Position numbers and translations under genes: made by a program
Virus record (IMG/VR): IMGVR_UViG_3300009174_000002
Span: 51,517-115,516 of that record
Strand: one strand, 5' to 3'
Source: a virus
DNA: 64,000 nt
The notes under the pieces: model-generated
What the model was told of the DNA's origin: nothing
Databases searched by the model: none
The model's input: only the letters and a program-made list of their open reading frames with translations
Shown here: positions 1 to 10,453 of the stretch, one piece after another
How positions within the stretch are numbered: position 1 is the first letter of the stretch
Layout of the letters: every line of letters begins with the position of its first letter

Positions 1-894
1 TAAGTGGATTTAATTTCTATATATCTATCTTTGAATTCAAAATCAGGATGATAAATACCAAAAGGTGTTTTTACAAATATTTTATCTAAAAAAGGCAATT
101 GTAAGTTATTATTAATTAAATATTCAATATAAAATTTTTCACTTCTTCCTTGACATTTATATCCATTTACTTCATAGAATTTACATTTAGGAAATGTAGT
201 TATACCTTTTTCTAATTTTTCTTGTAAAGTATTAGCTTTTTTAATAAGCGTTTCTATAGTAGGTTTTTTTTCCTAACATTCTTTCACTTGCCAATTTCCT
301 CATCTCTTCTCTTTTCATATGATTATTTTCACCAGAGATTTTTTTAGAAATTTTTTCTCCTCTTTTTTTTAATATCTCTTGTTTAGAAGGATCGTTTTTT
401 ATTTCTTGCCATTTTTTCTTTAAAGCCTTACTTTGTTTTTGTTTAATCACTTCTTTTTCCTGTTGAGACTTATTTTGTTTCGTTTCTGAAGATTTTTTAT
501 ATCTTTCTAAATATTTTTCTGGATTAGTATTATAAATTTGTTTTTGAGCATTTGACATTCTTTCTCTACTTTCTTTACTTCTTTTCATACCTCGTTGTTT
601 ATTGGCAGTTTTTTCTTGTTTTTCTGACATCTGCTCAGGAGTATATTTAGAATATGTTTCCTTAATACTTTTGGCTCTTCTATTAATTATTTCTTGATAT
701 TTTATAGGATTATCATTTTTTAATTTTTCTATTGCATTTTTTTTATTTTGTTTTATTTTAAGAAAATATTCTGAATCGTTTAAAATTTGTTTATATCTTC
801 TAAATTTTTTCTTTTCTGATCTTGTTAATACTCCTTTATTTTGTAATTCTAAAAATGCCTTTTGCACTGATTCATGATTTTGTTTTATTCTCAT
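1..894 (-). CDS. Homing endonuclease-like gene (NUMOD3-like basic repeats plus C-terminal PD-(D/E)XK nuclease), interrupted by a frame break and running off the window start
   Basis: ORF 241..894 has NUMOD3-like repeats (GMKRSKESRERMS, KISGENNHM). Removing one A from the A8 run at 264-271 continues it as GKKPTIETLIKK...CQGRSEKFYIEYL...YHPDFEFKDRYIEIKST to position 1. Confidence 0.7.
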
Positions 895-951
895 TTTTTA
901 TTTTTAAATATCATTAATGAGAATAAAATCAATTATAATTTAAACAAAACA

Positions 952-985
952 TAAAAAAAAGAGTAGTTTATAATAACTACTCTTT
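952..985 (-). terminator. Intrinsic terminator after tail sheath
   Basis: Perfect stem aaagagtagtt/aactactcttt (958-985) followed by a U-tract on the minus strand. Confidence 0.75.
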
Positions 986-1006
986 AAACACTTTTTAGAT
1001 TAAATT

Positions 1007-3790
1007 TTATTGCGTAAAGTTTGTACTACCGTTTTGAAGTACAAAGTCCACGATTATGCGTTCAATTGGGTATAAAGGCACTATTATAATTCTTCCATAC
1101 AATGTAGTTGGATCATTCAATTCTGGTCTATCTACAATTTCAACTTTATAGGTATCAATTCCATTTAATTTTTTGATTCTATCAAAAATAGGAGTGACAG
1201 TCTGTATAAATGCAGTTTGTGATAACTGACCATTTAATTGGAATAATAGAGGACGTAAAGTCTGATTCAAAACTTTTTTAGCATAACATAATAATAATCT
1301 ATTATGAACAAAAGAAAGAGCACTTAAATAAGGTTGTGTAGTTCTTTCCTCGGTTATTTCATATCCACTTCCAGGAAATGTAGTAATAGGATTAATATTG
1401 GCTAATTTCAAAGCATCTCTATCACCTATTACTAAACGTCTTCTACTTCTAATTAAATTATTAGTCACAGTTCTAACTGGACCAGCAGGCGGTTGCCAAA
1501 CATTTTCAACATTGGCAGTATAAGCAATAGTACCTAAAGCCAATATTGAAGGTGGAAGCCATACATATTGATTATTTATTGTATCATTGATTTGTAACCA
1601 TGGAAAATAAACTGCTGTATCGCTGTTTAATAAATCTCCACTTGAAGTTTGAATATAATTAACAGCAGTAGTTGTGTCAGCCAAAGGATCATAAGAAAAA
1701 TCTGGAATATATAGTGCATCTCCCCTTCCTCTAACCATATCCGCAACAACTCCACAAGCTGCGGGATGTGTATCTAAAAAGAAATCTGGAGTAACCATTA
1801 CTGTAAAATCAGCGTCTAAAGATTCTTTATCTGCTAAAATAGCAACTGCTGTTTGTAAAGCTAAATAATCTTTAGAACTTGTGTTATTCCAATCTCTTGT
1901 CTTATATACATTCCAACCATCAAATCCGCCTGAAAAGTCAACTACAAATTTTTGTCTTTGAATTTTTAAAGTGGCTGTTAGAGGATTTCCGTTTGCATCG
2001 GTATAAATACTTTGATTTGCAAAAGTAAATACTGCGGATTGGTCAGTAGTAAAAGTAGTATTGTTATTAGGATTTAAATGAAATCCTAATCCAAATTGAG
2101 CAACAGATCTTTTATAAGCTAATTGATCAATTGCTACGGATTTTACCATATTAATAGAATTATTAGCTAATCCTAAATTTTGTTTTGCTATGGATTTAGT
2201 TTTATCATATTCTGTTGCCCAGGTTACATCAGGAAATAAATTCAAAGTAGTATTAGGATAACCTAAACATCCAAAAGGAACAAGTCCTACTAAATCTTCC
2301 GCATCATTTGTTTCAACAAAAACAAATCTACTATTTAAAGGAAAATTATCTCCATCTCCAATTCTTTTCTTAATATAATTATTTGAAGTTTTATCAAATG
2401 TTAAATTAATATACGCTTCAAGAATTATTGGATTTTGATCATCTTGGTCATCCCATCTTCTAACATATAAATCAAATGTTCCTGCTCCATTATTTGCTCC
2501 AGGATTAATATTTCTTATCTCAATTTTAATTTCAGTATTAGCCGATTTTCCATCTGAAATAGACCATAACCTAAATAATTTAGTATAATCACCATTTGCG
2601 TCTCCATCGCTTACAAACCAAGGAGTGTAAGGGGTTTGAAATCCTAAATTAGAGAAATTTAAAATTTCAGATTCCCAAGTAGGTAAACTATAATGAGATA
2701 CCAAAGGACTATTAACCCCACTAAAAGTAGTAGTTCCTGAAATTACTAATGGAGCTCCAGGTGAGCCTCCAGATTGATTTAAAATCCTGAAGGTAGTAGA
2801 ACCTGAACCAAATGAAATATTATCTGCCATCCAAGTTCCATTGACTTGGGCAATATTTCCTGTTCCACTTACATCTGTAATTTTTATTACAGTATTAGTA
2901 TTTAACCATCCTGTAATATCTCCAGATGCAGTTATAGTCACATCAGTAAGCGTTGTTACTACGTTTGTAATAGCTGCATTTTGAAGAGTAATTCCAGTTC
3001 CAAATAACATATTTCCTGTTAAAATAGGCAAAGTACTTTGTGGGGTATTACTTCCAGGTGCATAATATGCTAAAGTACTAGTTAAAGTAGGTTTAAATTG
3101 AACAGAGGGAATTACAAAATCAACCCATAGAGTACCAAACTGTCCTTTAATTGTAGTTGGATTTAAAGGATCAGTTCCAAAAGTGTTTTTAATATATTGA
3201 CCACTATCTGGACGTAAAGAACAAATTACAAGTTCATTTGTTGAATCTGCATAAAAAATTCTTACACCAAATAGATAATCTGTAGCTGCGGTAGTAGTTA
3301 AATTTGTTGAGGGATCAGTATAGGTTACAGTTTCAACAGAAACCGATGTTACCGCTGGTCTTCCAGTTGTTGTAGTTGGTCTAGCTTTTAATACTACTGC
3401 CAAACATCCATTTCCTACTACCAATGTTGATGTACCAGGAACAGCTGCGGCAGATCCATTCGCATTATATACAATAGCATATCCTACAGTATCAGTATAT
3501 CCTTCTAAACCTAAAATTCTAACTTCTTTCCAATTTGTTGCTTGTTCCAAGTATTGTCTTGCATAATAACTAGAAGGAAAATTAGGATTTAAATCGCCTA
3601 GTCTAAAAGCTCTATCTTCAAATGTAGAAGTGCTAGATATTTGAAAGGCAGGACCTTTTTCAGTTAAACCTATCATAGCTCCACTAAATCCTCCAACTGC
3701 TCTTGTAATTACAGTTAAATCAACTTCTCTAAAATATATTCCAGAACTCGGATTTGGAACCTGACTAACATCCGTTATACGTACAGCCAT
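1007..3790 (-). CDS. Contractile tail sheath protein
   Basis: N-terminal GIYFREVDLT and GLTEKGPAF; C-terminal YFPW, WLPPS, WQPPAG, ANINPITTFPG and SALSFVHNRLL, as in gp18-type sheaths. Confidence 0.9.
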   Translation of the reverse strand: MAVRITDVSQVPNPSSGIYFREVDLTVITRAVGGFSGAMIGLTEKGPAFQISSTSTFEDRAFRLGDLNPNFPSSYYARQYLEQATNWKEVRILGLEGYTDTVGYAIVYNANGSAAAVPGTSTLVVGNGCLAVVLKARPTTTTGRPAVTSVSVETVTYTDPSTNLTTTAATDYLFGVRIFYADSTNELVICSLRPDSGQYIKNTFGTDPLNPTTIKGQFGTLWVDFVIPSVQFKPTLTSTLAYYAPGSNTPQSTLPILTGNMLFGTGITLQNAAITNVVTTLTDVTITASGDITGWLNTNTVIKITDVSGTGNIAQVNGTWMADNISFGSGSTTFRILNQSGGSPGAPLVISGTTTFSGVNSPLVSHYSLPTWESEILNFSNLGFQTPYTPWFVSDGDANGDYTKLFRLWSISDGKSANTEIKIEIRNINPGANNGAGTFDLYVRRWDDQDDQNPIILEAYINLTFDKTSNNYIKKRIGDGDNFPLNSRFVFVETNDAEDLVGLVPFGCLGYPNTTLNLFPDVTWATEYDKTKSIAKQNLGLANNSINMVKSVAIDQLAYKRSVAQFGLGFHLNPNNNTTFTTDQSAVFTFANQSIYTDANGNPLTATLKIQRQKFVVDFSGGFDGWNVYKTRDWNNTSSKDYLALQTAVAILADKESLDADFTVMVTPDFFLDTHPAACGVVADMVRGRGDALYIPDFSYDPLADTTTAVNYIQTSSGDLLNSDTAVYFPWLQINDTINNQYVWLPPSILALGTIAYTANVENVWQPPAGPVRTVTNNLIRSRRRLVIGDRDALKLANINPITTFPGSGYEITEERTTQPYLSALSFVHNRLLLCYAKKVLNQTLRPLLFQLNGQLSQTAFIQTVTPIFDRIKKLNGIDTYKVEIVDRPELNDPTTLYGRIIIVPLYPIERIIVDFVLQNGSTNFTQ

Positions 3791-3885
3791 TATTTATCTA
3801 ATATTTAAAGTTTTATAAAATCTCAAATGATTTTTTCTTTAAATATTGAAGAGAAATAAAATAACTTAACTGTAGTTATAAAATA

Positions 3886-4140
3886 CTAAGCTATTTTCTG
3901 TACTTCATAGAAGGGTTTGATAGAACTATGTAAAAAACTACCTACTGATGGAGCTTCTAAAAATTCTTGATATACATTTAGAGGTACACCACTATATTCA
4001 TACATACCACCATTCTTAAAAGTAATAGTAAGAACTTCGGTTTCATCGTCATATTCTGCATTAATTATATTAGAAGAAACTACTGGATTATTATGTATTT
4101 CTTCATTTAATATTTTTTTTATAGTTTCGTTTAGATTCAT
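3886..4140 (-). CDS. KTSC-domain protein with an N-terminal MNLNETIKKILNEE leader
   Basis: VxSSNI..aeYD...L.I.FKNG..YeY.gVP..vY..fl.A.SvGsf pattern. Confidence 0.85.
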   Translation of the reverse strand: MNLNETIKKILNEEIHNNPVVSSNIINAEYDDETEVLTITFKNGGMYEYSGVPLNVYQEFLEAPSVGSFLHSSIKPFYEVQKIA

Positions 4141-4145
4141 TTATT

Positions 4146-4664
4146 TTATTTTAATTCCAAATATTGTATAAGGTTTGATTCAGGATCTTGTACCCATTCG
4201 GCAATTCCTTCAATTATTTCTTCTATGGTCCCCCACTCTTCCATATCAACATATGGAGTATAATTAATGAAAGATTCAGGATCATCTTCTCTATCAGCTC
4301 TATCATCTTCAGTTATAGGAGTTTCCCAAAAATAATTGCCCTTTATTGTAAATGAACATACAAATGCACTATTTCCATTATTTGGTTTTTTACCTAATAA
4401 ATCTCTATTTCCAAATTCAAAAGTAGCTTTTAAATCATGTTTTAGAGGAATTATTATTTTTTTTATCATATATGGTTTATCCCCCATTTCGATATCAGTA
4501 TCAATCATAAACTTATATATTTTTTGTAATACAGGATTTTGTAAAATCTTTTTAAGTTGAATATTTTTATCCTCAATCCTTTTTTTTATTTTTCGAGGTT
4601 TGAACAAATTTTCATCTTTGTTAGATTTTTTTAACATAAATAATATTTTTTTACTTAAATTCAT
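4146..4664 (-). CDS. LFKPRR-tagged putative internal head protein
   Basis: Begins MNLSKKILFMLKKSNKDENLFKPRK. Confidence 0.55.
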   Translation of the reverse strand: MNLSKKILFMLKKSNKDENLFKPRKIKKRIEDKNIQLKKILQNPVLQKIYKFMIDTDIEMGDKPYMIKKIIIPLKHDLKATFEFGNRDLLGKKPNNGNSAFVCSFTIKGNYFWETPITEDDRADREDDPESFINYTPYVDMEEWGTIEEIIEGIAEWVQDPESNLIQYLELK

Positions 4665-4769
4665 CTATTTGTTTTTATCTTATTACCTAATTTAAATATT
4701 ATTTTTTATTTGAAAAAGAAATATTATTTTTATAATATATAAACGAAATCTAAGAATAAATCAATTTAC

Positions 4770-4795
4770 AAAAGGAATGTTTCTACATTCCTTTT
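4770..4795. terminator. Perfect hairpin between divergent genes (terminator-like)
   Basis: aaaaggaatgt-ttct-acattcctttt. Confidence 0.55.
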
Positions 4796-4813
4796 TTTAT
4801 CTTTGTACTTAAA

Positions 4814-4839
4814 GTTTACTTAAGGATAATTAATTTCAT
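4814..4839 (+). promoter_or_regulatory. Early-type promoter motif GTTTACT-N10-TAWYTTYAT
   Basis: gtttact taaggataat taatttcat, 16 nt before the ATG at 4856. Confidence 0.55.
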
Positions 4840-4855
4840 TCATAAATTAAAATTT

Positions 4856-5209
4856 ATGAAATATAAGTCTTTTGATTGCCATTTTGCTGCTTTTTCCACT
4901 GAAGAAAATACTCCAATACATAAAATTTCAGTTCCAGAAAATAAATTAACAGGCGAAATAGATAAGGATTTAGAGGTAATTTTTACCTATGGGCAAAATG
5001 ATTTTAAACCCATTTCGGAAAGAAAAAAGGTGAGAAGTTTATCTAGTGGAGATATAATTGATTATCAAGGAGTTCTATACTTTATAGATGATTTTGGCTT
5101 TGTAAAAGAAGGCGAACAAGTGGAAAAAGGAATGTCTGTTTTATTCCTAAAGGACTCAAAATCAAAGGTTTTACATGAAAAATTTCCATCTATTTTTAAT
5201 ACAAAATAG
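4856..5209 (+). CDS. Hypothetical protein (possible YodL-like domain)
   Basis: RSLSSGDII and YFIDDFGF resemble YodL-like motifs. Confidence 0.5.
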   Translation: MKYKSFDCHFAAFSTEENTPIHKISVPENKLTGEIDKDLEVIFTYGQNDFKPISERKKVRSLSSGDIIDYQGVLYFIDDFGFVKEGEQVEKGMSVLFLKDSKSKVLHEKFPSIFNTK

Positions 5210-5225
5210 CCTTAAAAGTAAATAA

Positions 5226-5251
5226 GTTTACTTAAGGCTATATATCTTTAT
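5226..5251 (+). promoter_or_regulatory. Early-type promoter motif; identical 26-bp copy at 22466..22491
   Basis: gtttacttaaggctatatatctttat upstream of the ATG at 5271. Confidence 0.7.
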
Positions 5252-5270
5252 GGTATAAAAATAAACAAAA

Positions 5271-5522
5271 ATGGCAACTTTAAATCTTAAATTGGTAGAT
5301 ATAAAAAATAAAACTTCAGAAAAATCTTGGAAAAAAGCCATTGATCTTAAAAAACAATATGTAGTTATATCTACTGGACTCGATGATGAAGAAGAACCAT
5401 TTACTCAATTACTTACAGGTAAGGAGGTTTTATTAGAATACTGGCCACCAAATGCCGATCCTATAGAGGATGAAGAAGAGTTGGGTTGGTTTGAAATTTA
5501 TGAAGTAGTTATTGAAAATTAA
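5271..5522 (+). CDS. Hypothetical protein
   Basis: ORF in a tightly packed plus-strand cluster with an A-rich start context. Confidence 0.7.
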   Translation: MATLNLKLVDIKNKTSEKSWKKAIDLKKQYVVISTGLDDEEEPFTQLLTGKEVLLEYWPPNADPIEDEEELGWFEIYEVVIEN

Positions 5523-5527
5523 AAAAT

Positions 5528-6046
5528 ATGCAACTCGAATTAAAAAAAATAAAAATTTCAAAAGGTTTAAGCCATGAAACAATTGCATTCACAGGTGAAT
5601 TGTGGGTAAATGGTGAAAAGGCAGCACTAGTAGAGAATAGTGGTACAGGCGGTCCCAATAGGGTATATCCTTTTCCTTCCAGTGATGAAAATAAATTTAA
5701 ACTGGTAAAAGAGGCAGATGAATATTGCAAAACACTTCCTCCTGTACCTTCAGGTGAAGATGATGATAATTTGCCTATGGATTTGGAATTTTGGATAAGT
5801 CTGGAAGTGGGGAAAATTGAACAACTAAAGGCAGTTGAAAAACATAGTAAAAAAGGCATTGTAATAGGCAACCCTAACAATCTTATTCAATATAGGATTC
5901 TTAAATTACCTGGTAAAATAGAAGAAATTCTTCGACAACCAAATGGAATGGGATATCTTGAAAAGGCTATTGTTATGGCTAGAGAAAAATTAAAACCTGG
6001 AGAAGAAATTCTCAATAAAAATATTCCTGAAGGTTTATTAAAATAA
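5528..6046 (+). CDS. Hypothetical protein
   Basis: 172-aa ORF, operon-like spacing. Confidence 0.75.
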   Translation: MQLELKKIKISKGLSHETIAFTGELWVNGEKAALVENSGTGGPNRVYPFPSSDENKFKLVKEADEYCKTLPPVPSGEDDDNLPMDLEFWISLEVGKIEQLKAVEKHSKKGIVIGNPNNLIQYRILKLPGKIEEILRQPNGMGYLEKAIVMAREKLKPGEEILNKNIPEGLLK

Positions 6047-6054
6047 AAAAAAGT

Positions 6055-6309
6055 ATGTCAAACCCTAATACATTTGGCGTAGAATGGAAAGAAATACATG
6101 AACGCCAATCAAAAGTAAATATAGATGGAGAATTACTCTTAGTAAAGCATAATGTCTTAACTAATACATATTCTGCAATTTATATTTGTGGTGAAGATGA
6201 GGAAGTAGTAAATTATGAATTTGAAGATTTGAGCGAAATTGATTTACAAGAAATTATAAAAAAAGGATTGGGTTACTTTAAACTACACGCCAATAGGTGG
6301 GTTTGTTAA
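6055..6309 (+). CDS. Hypothetical protein
   Basis: 84-aa ORF in cluster. Confidence 0.7.
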   Translation: MSNPNTFGVEWKEIHERQSKVNIDGELLLVKHNVLTNTYSAIYICGEDEEVVNYEFEDLSEIDLQEIIKKGLGYFKLHANRWVC

Positions 6310-6334
6310 AAATTTATCTAAAAAGAAATTTAAA

Positions 6335-6940
6335 ATGAAAAATTCAGAGAATCCACAAATATTATCCAATCTAAATAAAGGTTTGTGGGATATTATGATT
6401 GCCGATGAAAGAATACTCAATCATTTATCTTATGAACAAATGAAAGAACTGGTAGATTTATATCAAAATTCTATTCCAGAAAAAGTAAAAACTGAAATAG
6501 ATAAAATGGAATTGGAATTATTATTGCCAGCGGAAGTGACAGTGAAGGTAACTACTAAAAAGAAAGGTAAAGTATTAATTACAGATTTTTATCACAAAGA
6601 TTTAAAAGATAAAATATTGCCTATTCATAGCGAATTACATGAGTATATTCATTATAAGCAATTAATATCTTTTAGGCTTTATCAAAATGAAAATATTCTC
6701 AGATATTGGGATAATGGAGTTCCTAAGAAAATTTGTTGTGAAGCGATGAGAGGACAATTTACTTTTTGTTCTGAACATGGTTTAAATTGCCCAGATTATT
6801 TTATAAGATGCAGACCTACTGGAGAATTTCAAATAAATGCCGATAATCGTACCTATGCTATATCTAATTGTCCATTCTGTGGAAAATCTGTTAATCAAGA
6901 AAAAGAACAAAGACAAGGTTTTGTAATTAATTTAATTTAA
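6335..6940 (+). CDS. Hypothetical protein with Cys-rich, probably Zn-binding C-terminus
   Basis: CCEAM...CSEH..CPD...CPFCG. Confidence 0.7.
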   Translation: MKNSENPQILSNLNKGLWDIMIADERILNHLSYEQMKELVDLYQNSIPEKVKTEIDKMELELLLPAEVTVKVTTKKKGKVLITDFYHKDLKDKILPIHSELHEYIHYKQLISFRLYQNENILRYWDNGVPKKICCEAMRGQFTFCSEHGLNCPDYFIRCRPTGEFQINADNRTYAISNCPFCGKSVNQEKEQRQGFVINLI

Positions 6941-6952
6941 ATAAATAAGTTT

Positions 6953-7387
6953 ATGCGCACTATAAAATGTATACCTATTTCACTTCCTTCTATTGATAAT
7001 TCAAACGAATTTGACATACATTTGATAGCAATTGATGATATTTGGAAAGGAAAATGGGCCTATGATACACAAGAAAAAATATTATTTCAAGCAATTGGGA
7101 ATTTTAAAGCTAATCCTACTGGTACTTATAGAAAAGTAATTGCTAGTACAAACCCTAAGTTAGAAAAAGTATTTACTATTTCTGTAGAAAATATAGAAAA
7201 ACTTCAAAAAGAATTAGGAAAAGAAATTGAAGTTGAGATTAAAGTTAGTAGTCCTTGTACTTGTGATACCGCTGAAAAATTATTTAAATGTCCATTTGCC
7301 TGCTCTGGAAATGATGGAGATATAGAATGTAATAGAAGATGGCCAGGAGGAGATTTTTGGAAAAAAGAAATTTTGATTAAAGCTTAA
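6953..7387 (+). CDS. Hypothetical protein
   Basis: 144-aa ORF with a Cys-rich C-terminus. Confidence 0.7.
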   Translation: MRTIKCIPISLPSIDNSNEFDIHLIAIDDIWKGKWAYDTQEKILFQAIGNFKANPTGTYRKVIASTNPKLEKVFTISVENIEKLQKELGKEIEVEIKVSSPCTCDTAEKLFKCPFACSGNDGDIECNRRWPGGDFWKKEILIKA

Positions 7388-7397
7388 ATTTAAAAAT

Positions 7398-7592
7398 ATG
7401 AAACTTCTAACCAAATTTAAAGAACAAGAAGTAGAACTAAATACACATATTGTAAATTGGAATAAGGAAAGTATAAATATACCTTTCAAATTCAAACGTT
7501 ATCTTAGTTTGAATGTAAATATTGAAGAGGCAAAGGAATTGCGAGATCTTTTAACAAAATATTTAGCAAACTATGAAGAAAAAAACTATTGA
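7398..7592 (+). CDS. Hypothetical protein
   Basis: 64-aa ORF in cluster. Confidence 0.6.
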   Translation: MKLLTKFKEQEVELNTHIVNWNKESINIPFKFKRYLSLNVNIEEAKELRDLLTKYLANYEEKNY

Positions 7593-7610
7593 TCCTTAAA
7601 ATAAAAAAAC

Positions 7611-8183
7611 ATGCAAGGTACTATAATTTTAACTTCTATTGATCCAACTACAGTAAAAAAAGGGCAAGTTGTTATTTATCGTGTTGGTGGTATAAGAACT
7701 AAAGGAATAATTGAACAAGTAATTGATGAGAACCATGTTCACCTTTATGGTTTTAAATCTGGAAATAACCATGAAATACAAAGAGAATTGCAAACTCTAG
7801 CAATTCAATATAAAAAATATACAGTTCCTAATTCTACTGAAAGTTTAAGATTAGAGGAAGGTGAAAGTTATTTAGAAACCGTACCCTTGATGTATGTCCA
7901 ATGGGAAGAAATTCTTAAACGTGATTTAATTAATCGCAATATAGAATTTAAATTCAAATATCGAGTAAATAACGAATGGAAAGAAGTTTTACTTCCTAGC
8001 GAATGGTCAGAAGAAAATAAAAAAGTAGGTATTGTTATTTTTGAAAAAGGAACTAAAATAATATATACTGAGAATGAGGCACAAAAATTAGTTTTATCCG
8101 CCTGGCATGACGGATGGAATTCTTGCAATGAAAAAAGAGGAGATATGCCTGATAAGTTTTGGCTAGAAAATAAAAAAGTTTAA
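7611..8183 (+). CDS. Hypothetical protein, probable paralog of 23199..23795
   Basis: Shares ELxTLxI and L.YxxWxxIL..DL segments with 23199..23795. Confidence 0.7.
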   Translation: MQGTIILTSIDPTTVKKGQVVIYRVGGIRTKGIIEQVIDENHVHLYGFKSGNNHEIQRELQTLAIQYKKYTVPNSTESLRLEEGESYLETVPLMYVQWEEILKRDLINRNIEFKFKYRVNNEWKEVLLPSEWSEENKKVGIVIFEKGTKIIYTENEAQKLVLSAWHDGWNSCNEKRGDMPDKFWLENKKV

Positions 8184-8204
8184 TTAATAAAAACTATTAA
8201 ATAT

Positions 8205-8453
8205 ATGAATGGTATTACCTTTAGAGACAAAAGTTTAGTGTTAAAAAAAATTGCTGAATTTAAGAAAAATACTTTTTTTGATTTATATAATCAATTAACC
8301 TCTGAACAACAAAGATTTTTTAGAATGATGTATTCTCACAAAAATCCTGAACTTTCTATTGAAGAAATTTACGATAAAATACCTCTGGAAAAAATAGACT
8401 GGGCTATTTATCAATGCGAAAATACAATAATTAAAAACAATAAACAACAATAA
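8205..8453 (+). CDS. Hypothetical protein
   Basis: 82-aa ORF in cluster. Confidence 0.7.
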   Translation: MNGITFRDKSLVLKKIAEFKKNTFFDLYNQLTSEQQRFFRMMYSHKNPELSIEEIYDKIPLEKIDWAIYQCENTIIKNNKQQ

Positions 8454-8455
8454 AA

Positions 8456-8626
8456 ATGAAAATTAAAACAATTCTAGGCATTCTATTATTAATTGCCTTT
8501 CTTTTTAGCTGTAGGAAAGAATTATCAGTAACCAAACCTACTCCAAGGCCCAAGGCTCCACCTTCTGATCAATTACCGTGGCAAGTATTAACAGGACATG
8601 CCACTACAATTATAGGCAATCCTTAA
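8456..8626 (+). CDS. Small predicted lipoprotein (56 aa, not in the ORF track)
   Basis: MKIKTILGILLLIAFLFS-C-RKE followed by a Pro-rich linker. Confidence 0.6.
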   Translation: MKIKTILGILLLIAFLFSCRKELSVTKPTPRPKAPPSDQLPWQVLTGHATTIIGNP

Positions 8627-8661
8627 TTCCTTTTAAAAAAATTAATCCCTATTGAAAACAT

Positions 8662-8700
8662 AAAAAAAGGCTTAGTAATTAAACTAAGCCTTTTGTTTTT
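8662..8700. terminator. Bidirectional intrinsic terminator between convergent early cluster and major capsid gene
   Basis: aaaaggcttagt-aattaa-actaagcctttt with A/T tracts on both sides. Confidence 0.8.
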
Positions 8701-8719
8701 TTATTTAAACTCATATTGG

Positions 8720-10453
8720 TTATGAGTTATTTACAAGAGCGGGTTGGTAAACTTGGAAAGTTTCAATTCCCTTCATAATAACTAGGCAATAGAACCTGTT
8801 ATTCAACATCTTAGTTCCAAAACGGCTAGAAATCATCTTTCTAGGATTGAAGTCTTGGTCTTCAATAACTGTTGGTGATAAGATATATTCAATGTAAGGA
8901 CAATAAACATATCCAGTATCAAAGAAAGAACTTCCCTTTCTACCTACAAGGCAAATTTCAGAAGGGATAAAAGGATCCACATAAACCTGATACTTACTTT
9001 GAAGTGTACCAATTTTTTCAACACCTAAAGTAAACTTGGTTCCCATTTCGTCACCATCATAAGCCTTAAATGTATCAAGGTTAACTAACTTAGCTGCACC
9101 TTCTGCAGAAATCAATACCCAGTTAGCACCACCTTGACGTGTTGATTTTTGAATTTTAGCATTAGCTCTATTGATAGCCAAAACTAAACCTTGGTTATAG
9201 TCGGCTTCAATACCTCTAAATACTGTGTTTGCTGGATTAGGATCTACTGAATTATAAAAATCAGCGTTCCAAAGTTCAATATGACCAGCGAAAGTGATTA
9301 ACTCTCTAATGATCAATCTATCTTTTTCACCAGCTATTTGTTCAGCTAACAACTGTGATAATTCAGCTTCAGCATCAATAGCATAATATGCCATCAAGTC
9401 CTGAGCTAATTCAACAGTCCAAGCTGTTTTCATTTTGTGAATCTGAGTTGTAATAGGAATTGATTTAACTTCCATTTTCAATTCAGAACTAAATGCGGGA
9501 TTCAACTCTAGGTTTAAATATTGACGGAAACCTAAACGTAAGCTAATAGTTGCGATACCAGATTTCAAAGGAGAAATTCTGAATCTCAATTTGTTATTAA
9601 CTGCTCCAGGACCACCTGCACGACCAACAGTTGAAGTTGTATTGTTAGGGGCTAAAGCGTTAGCATTTCTATCAGATGACATAACATCATCACCATAGTT
9701 CATTTGTACTCTTTGGAAGAAGAAATCTACTCCATATACTTTAGCACCAGTAGATTCATAAAGCATAACCGAAGCTGCTTCATCCATTGTAATTCCACCA
9801 ATTGAAGAAAGGTCAAATTCAACTACTGCAAATTGAGGATTACCACTACCATCAGTTAATGTAGCTGTTGCTGTTAAAGCTGCTGCATTGGCTGTATCGT
9901 TTTGTCCACCAATTGAAGTATTGTTAAAAGAACCTGCGGTAGCATTCCAACCTCTGGCAATAACCTTACCCTTTGAAATGTCATAATTGGCATTATCATA
10001 GAATTGGTCATAACCTGTTAAACTTTGGAAAGTATTTCCTGACATATCATCAGCCTGACCACCTGAAAGGTTGTTGGCTAAATAATCACTACCAATAGGT
10101 TTCTTAGTAGTTGAGACATGGTAATCAAGATAGAAAGCTAAACCGAAAGGATATGACAAAGGTTGTACTGATACTAAATTAGGAGTAACCATCATCGCAT
10201 TTTGTCTACGAATCATAGGTATCGCAATTGTATCAAATACTGCCATATCAGCTGTAGAGTTATTTTCTTTCAAAATTTGTCTTTTTTGATTCTCCATCAA
10301 AACAGCCATATTTGCCATATCTCTACCTTTCAATTTATATAGATAGCCAGTGCCTTTCCATGCTTCTACAAGCACCTGGCGCTTCGCTCTCTCATCATGT
10401 TCCATCAATCTTCCTAGATTTTTTTCTTCTAGGTTTTCCTTAATGAATTTCAT
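8720..10453 (-). CDS. Major capsid protein, T4 gp23-like
   Basis: AVLMENQ, IPMIRR, LVSVQPLSYPFGLAFYL, WTVELAQDL.AYYAIDAEAELSQLL..QI..E.DR, and GYVYCPYI...FNPRK...SRFG. Confidence 0.95.
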   Translation of the reverse strand: MKFIKENLEEKNLGRLMEHDERAKRQVLVEAWKGTGYLYKLKGRDMANMAVLMENQKRQILKENNSTADMAVFDTIAIPMIRRQNAMMVTPNLVSVQPLSYPFGLAFYLDYHVSTTKKPIGSDYLANNLSGGQADDMSGNTFQSLTGYDQFYDNANYDISKGKVIARGWNATAGSFNNTSIGGQNDTANAAALTATATLTDGSGNPQFAVVEFDLSSIGGITMDEAASVMLYESTGAKVYGVDFFFQRVQMNYGDDVMSSDRNANALAPNNTTSTVGRAGGPGAVNNKLRFRISPLKSGIATISLRLGFRQYLNLELNPAFSSELKMEVKSIPITTQIHKMKTAWTVELAQDLMAYYAIDAEAELSQLLAEQIAGEKDRLIIRELITFAGHIELWNADFYNSVDPNPANTVFRGIEADYNQGLVLAINRANAKIQKSTRQGGANWVLISAEGAAKLVNLDTFKAYDGDEMGTKFTLGVEKIGTLQSKYQVYVDPFIPSEICLVGRKGSSFFDTGYVYCPYIEYILSPTVIEDQDFNPRKMISSRFGTKMLNNRFYCLVIMKGIETFQVYQPALVNNS

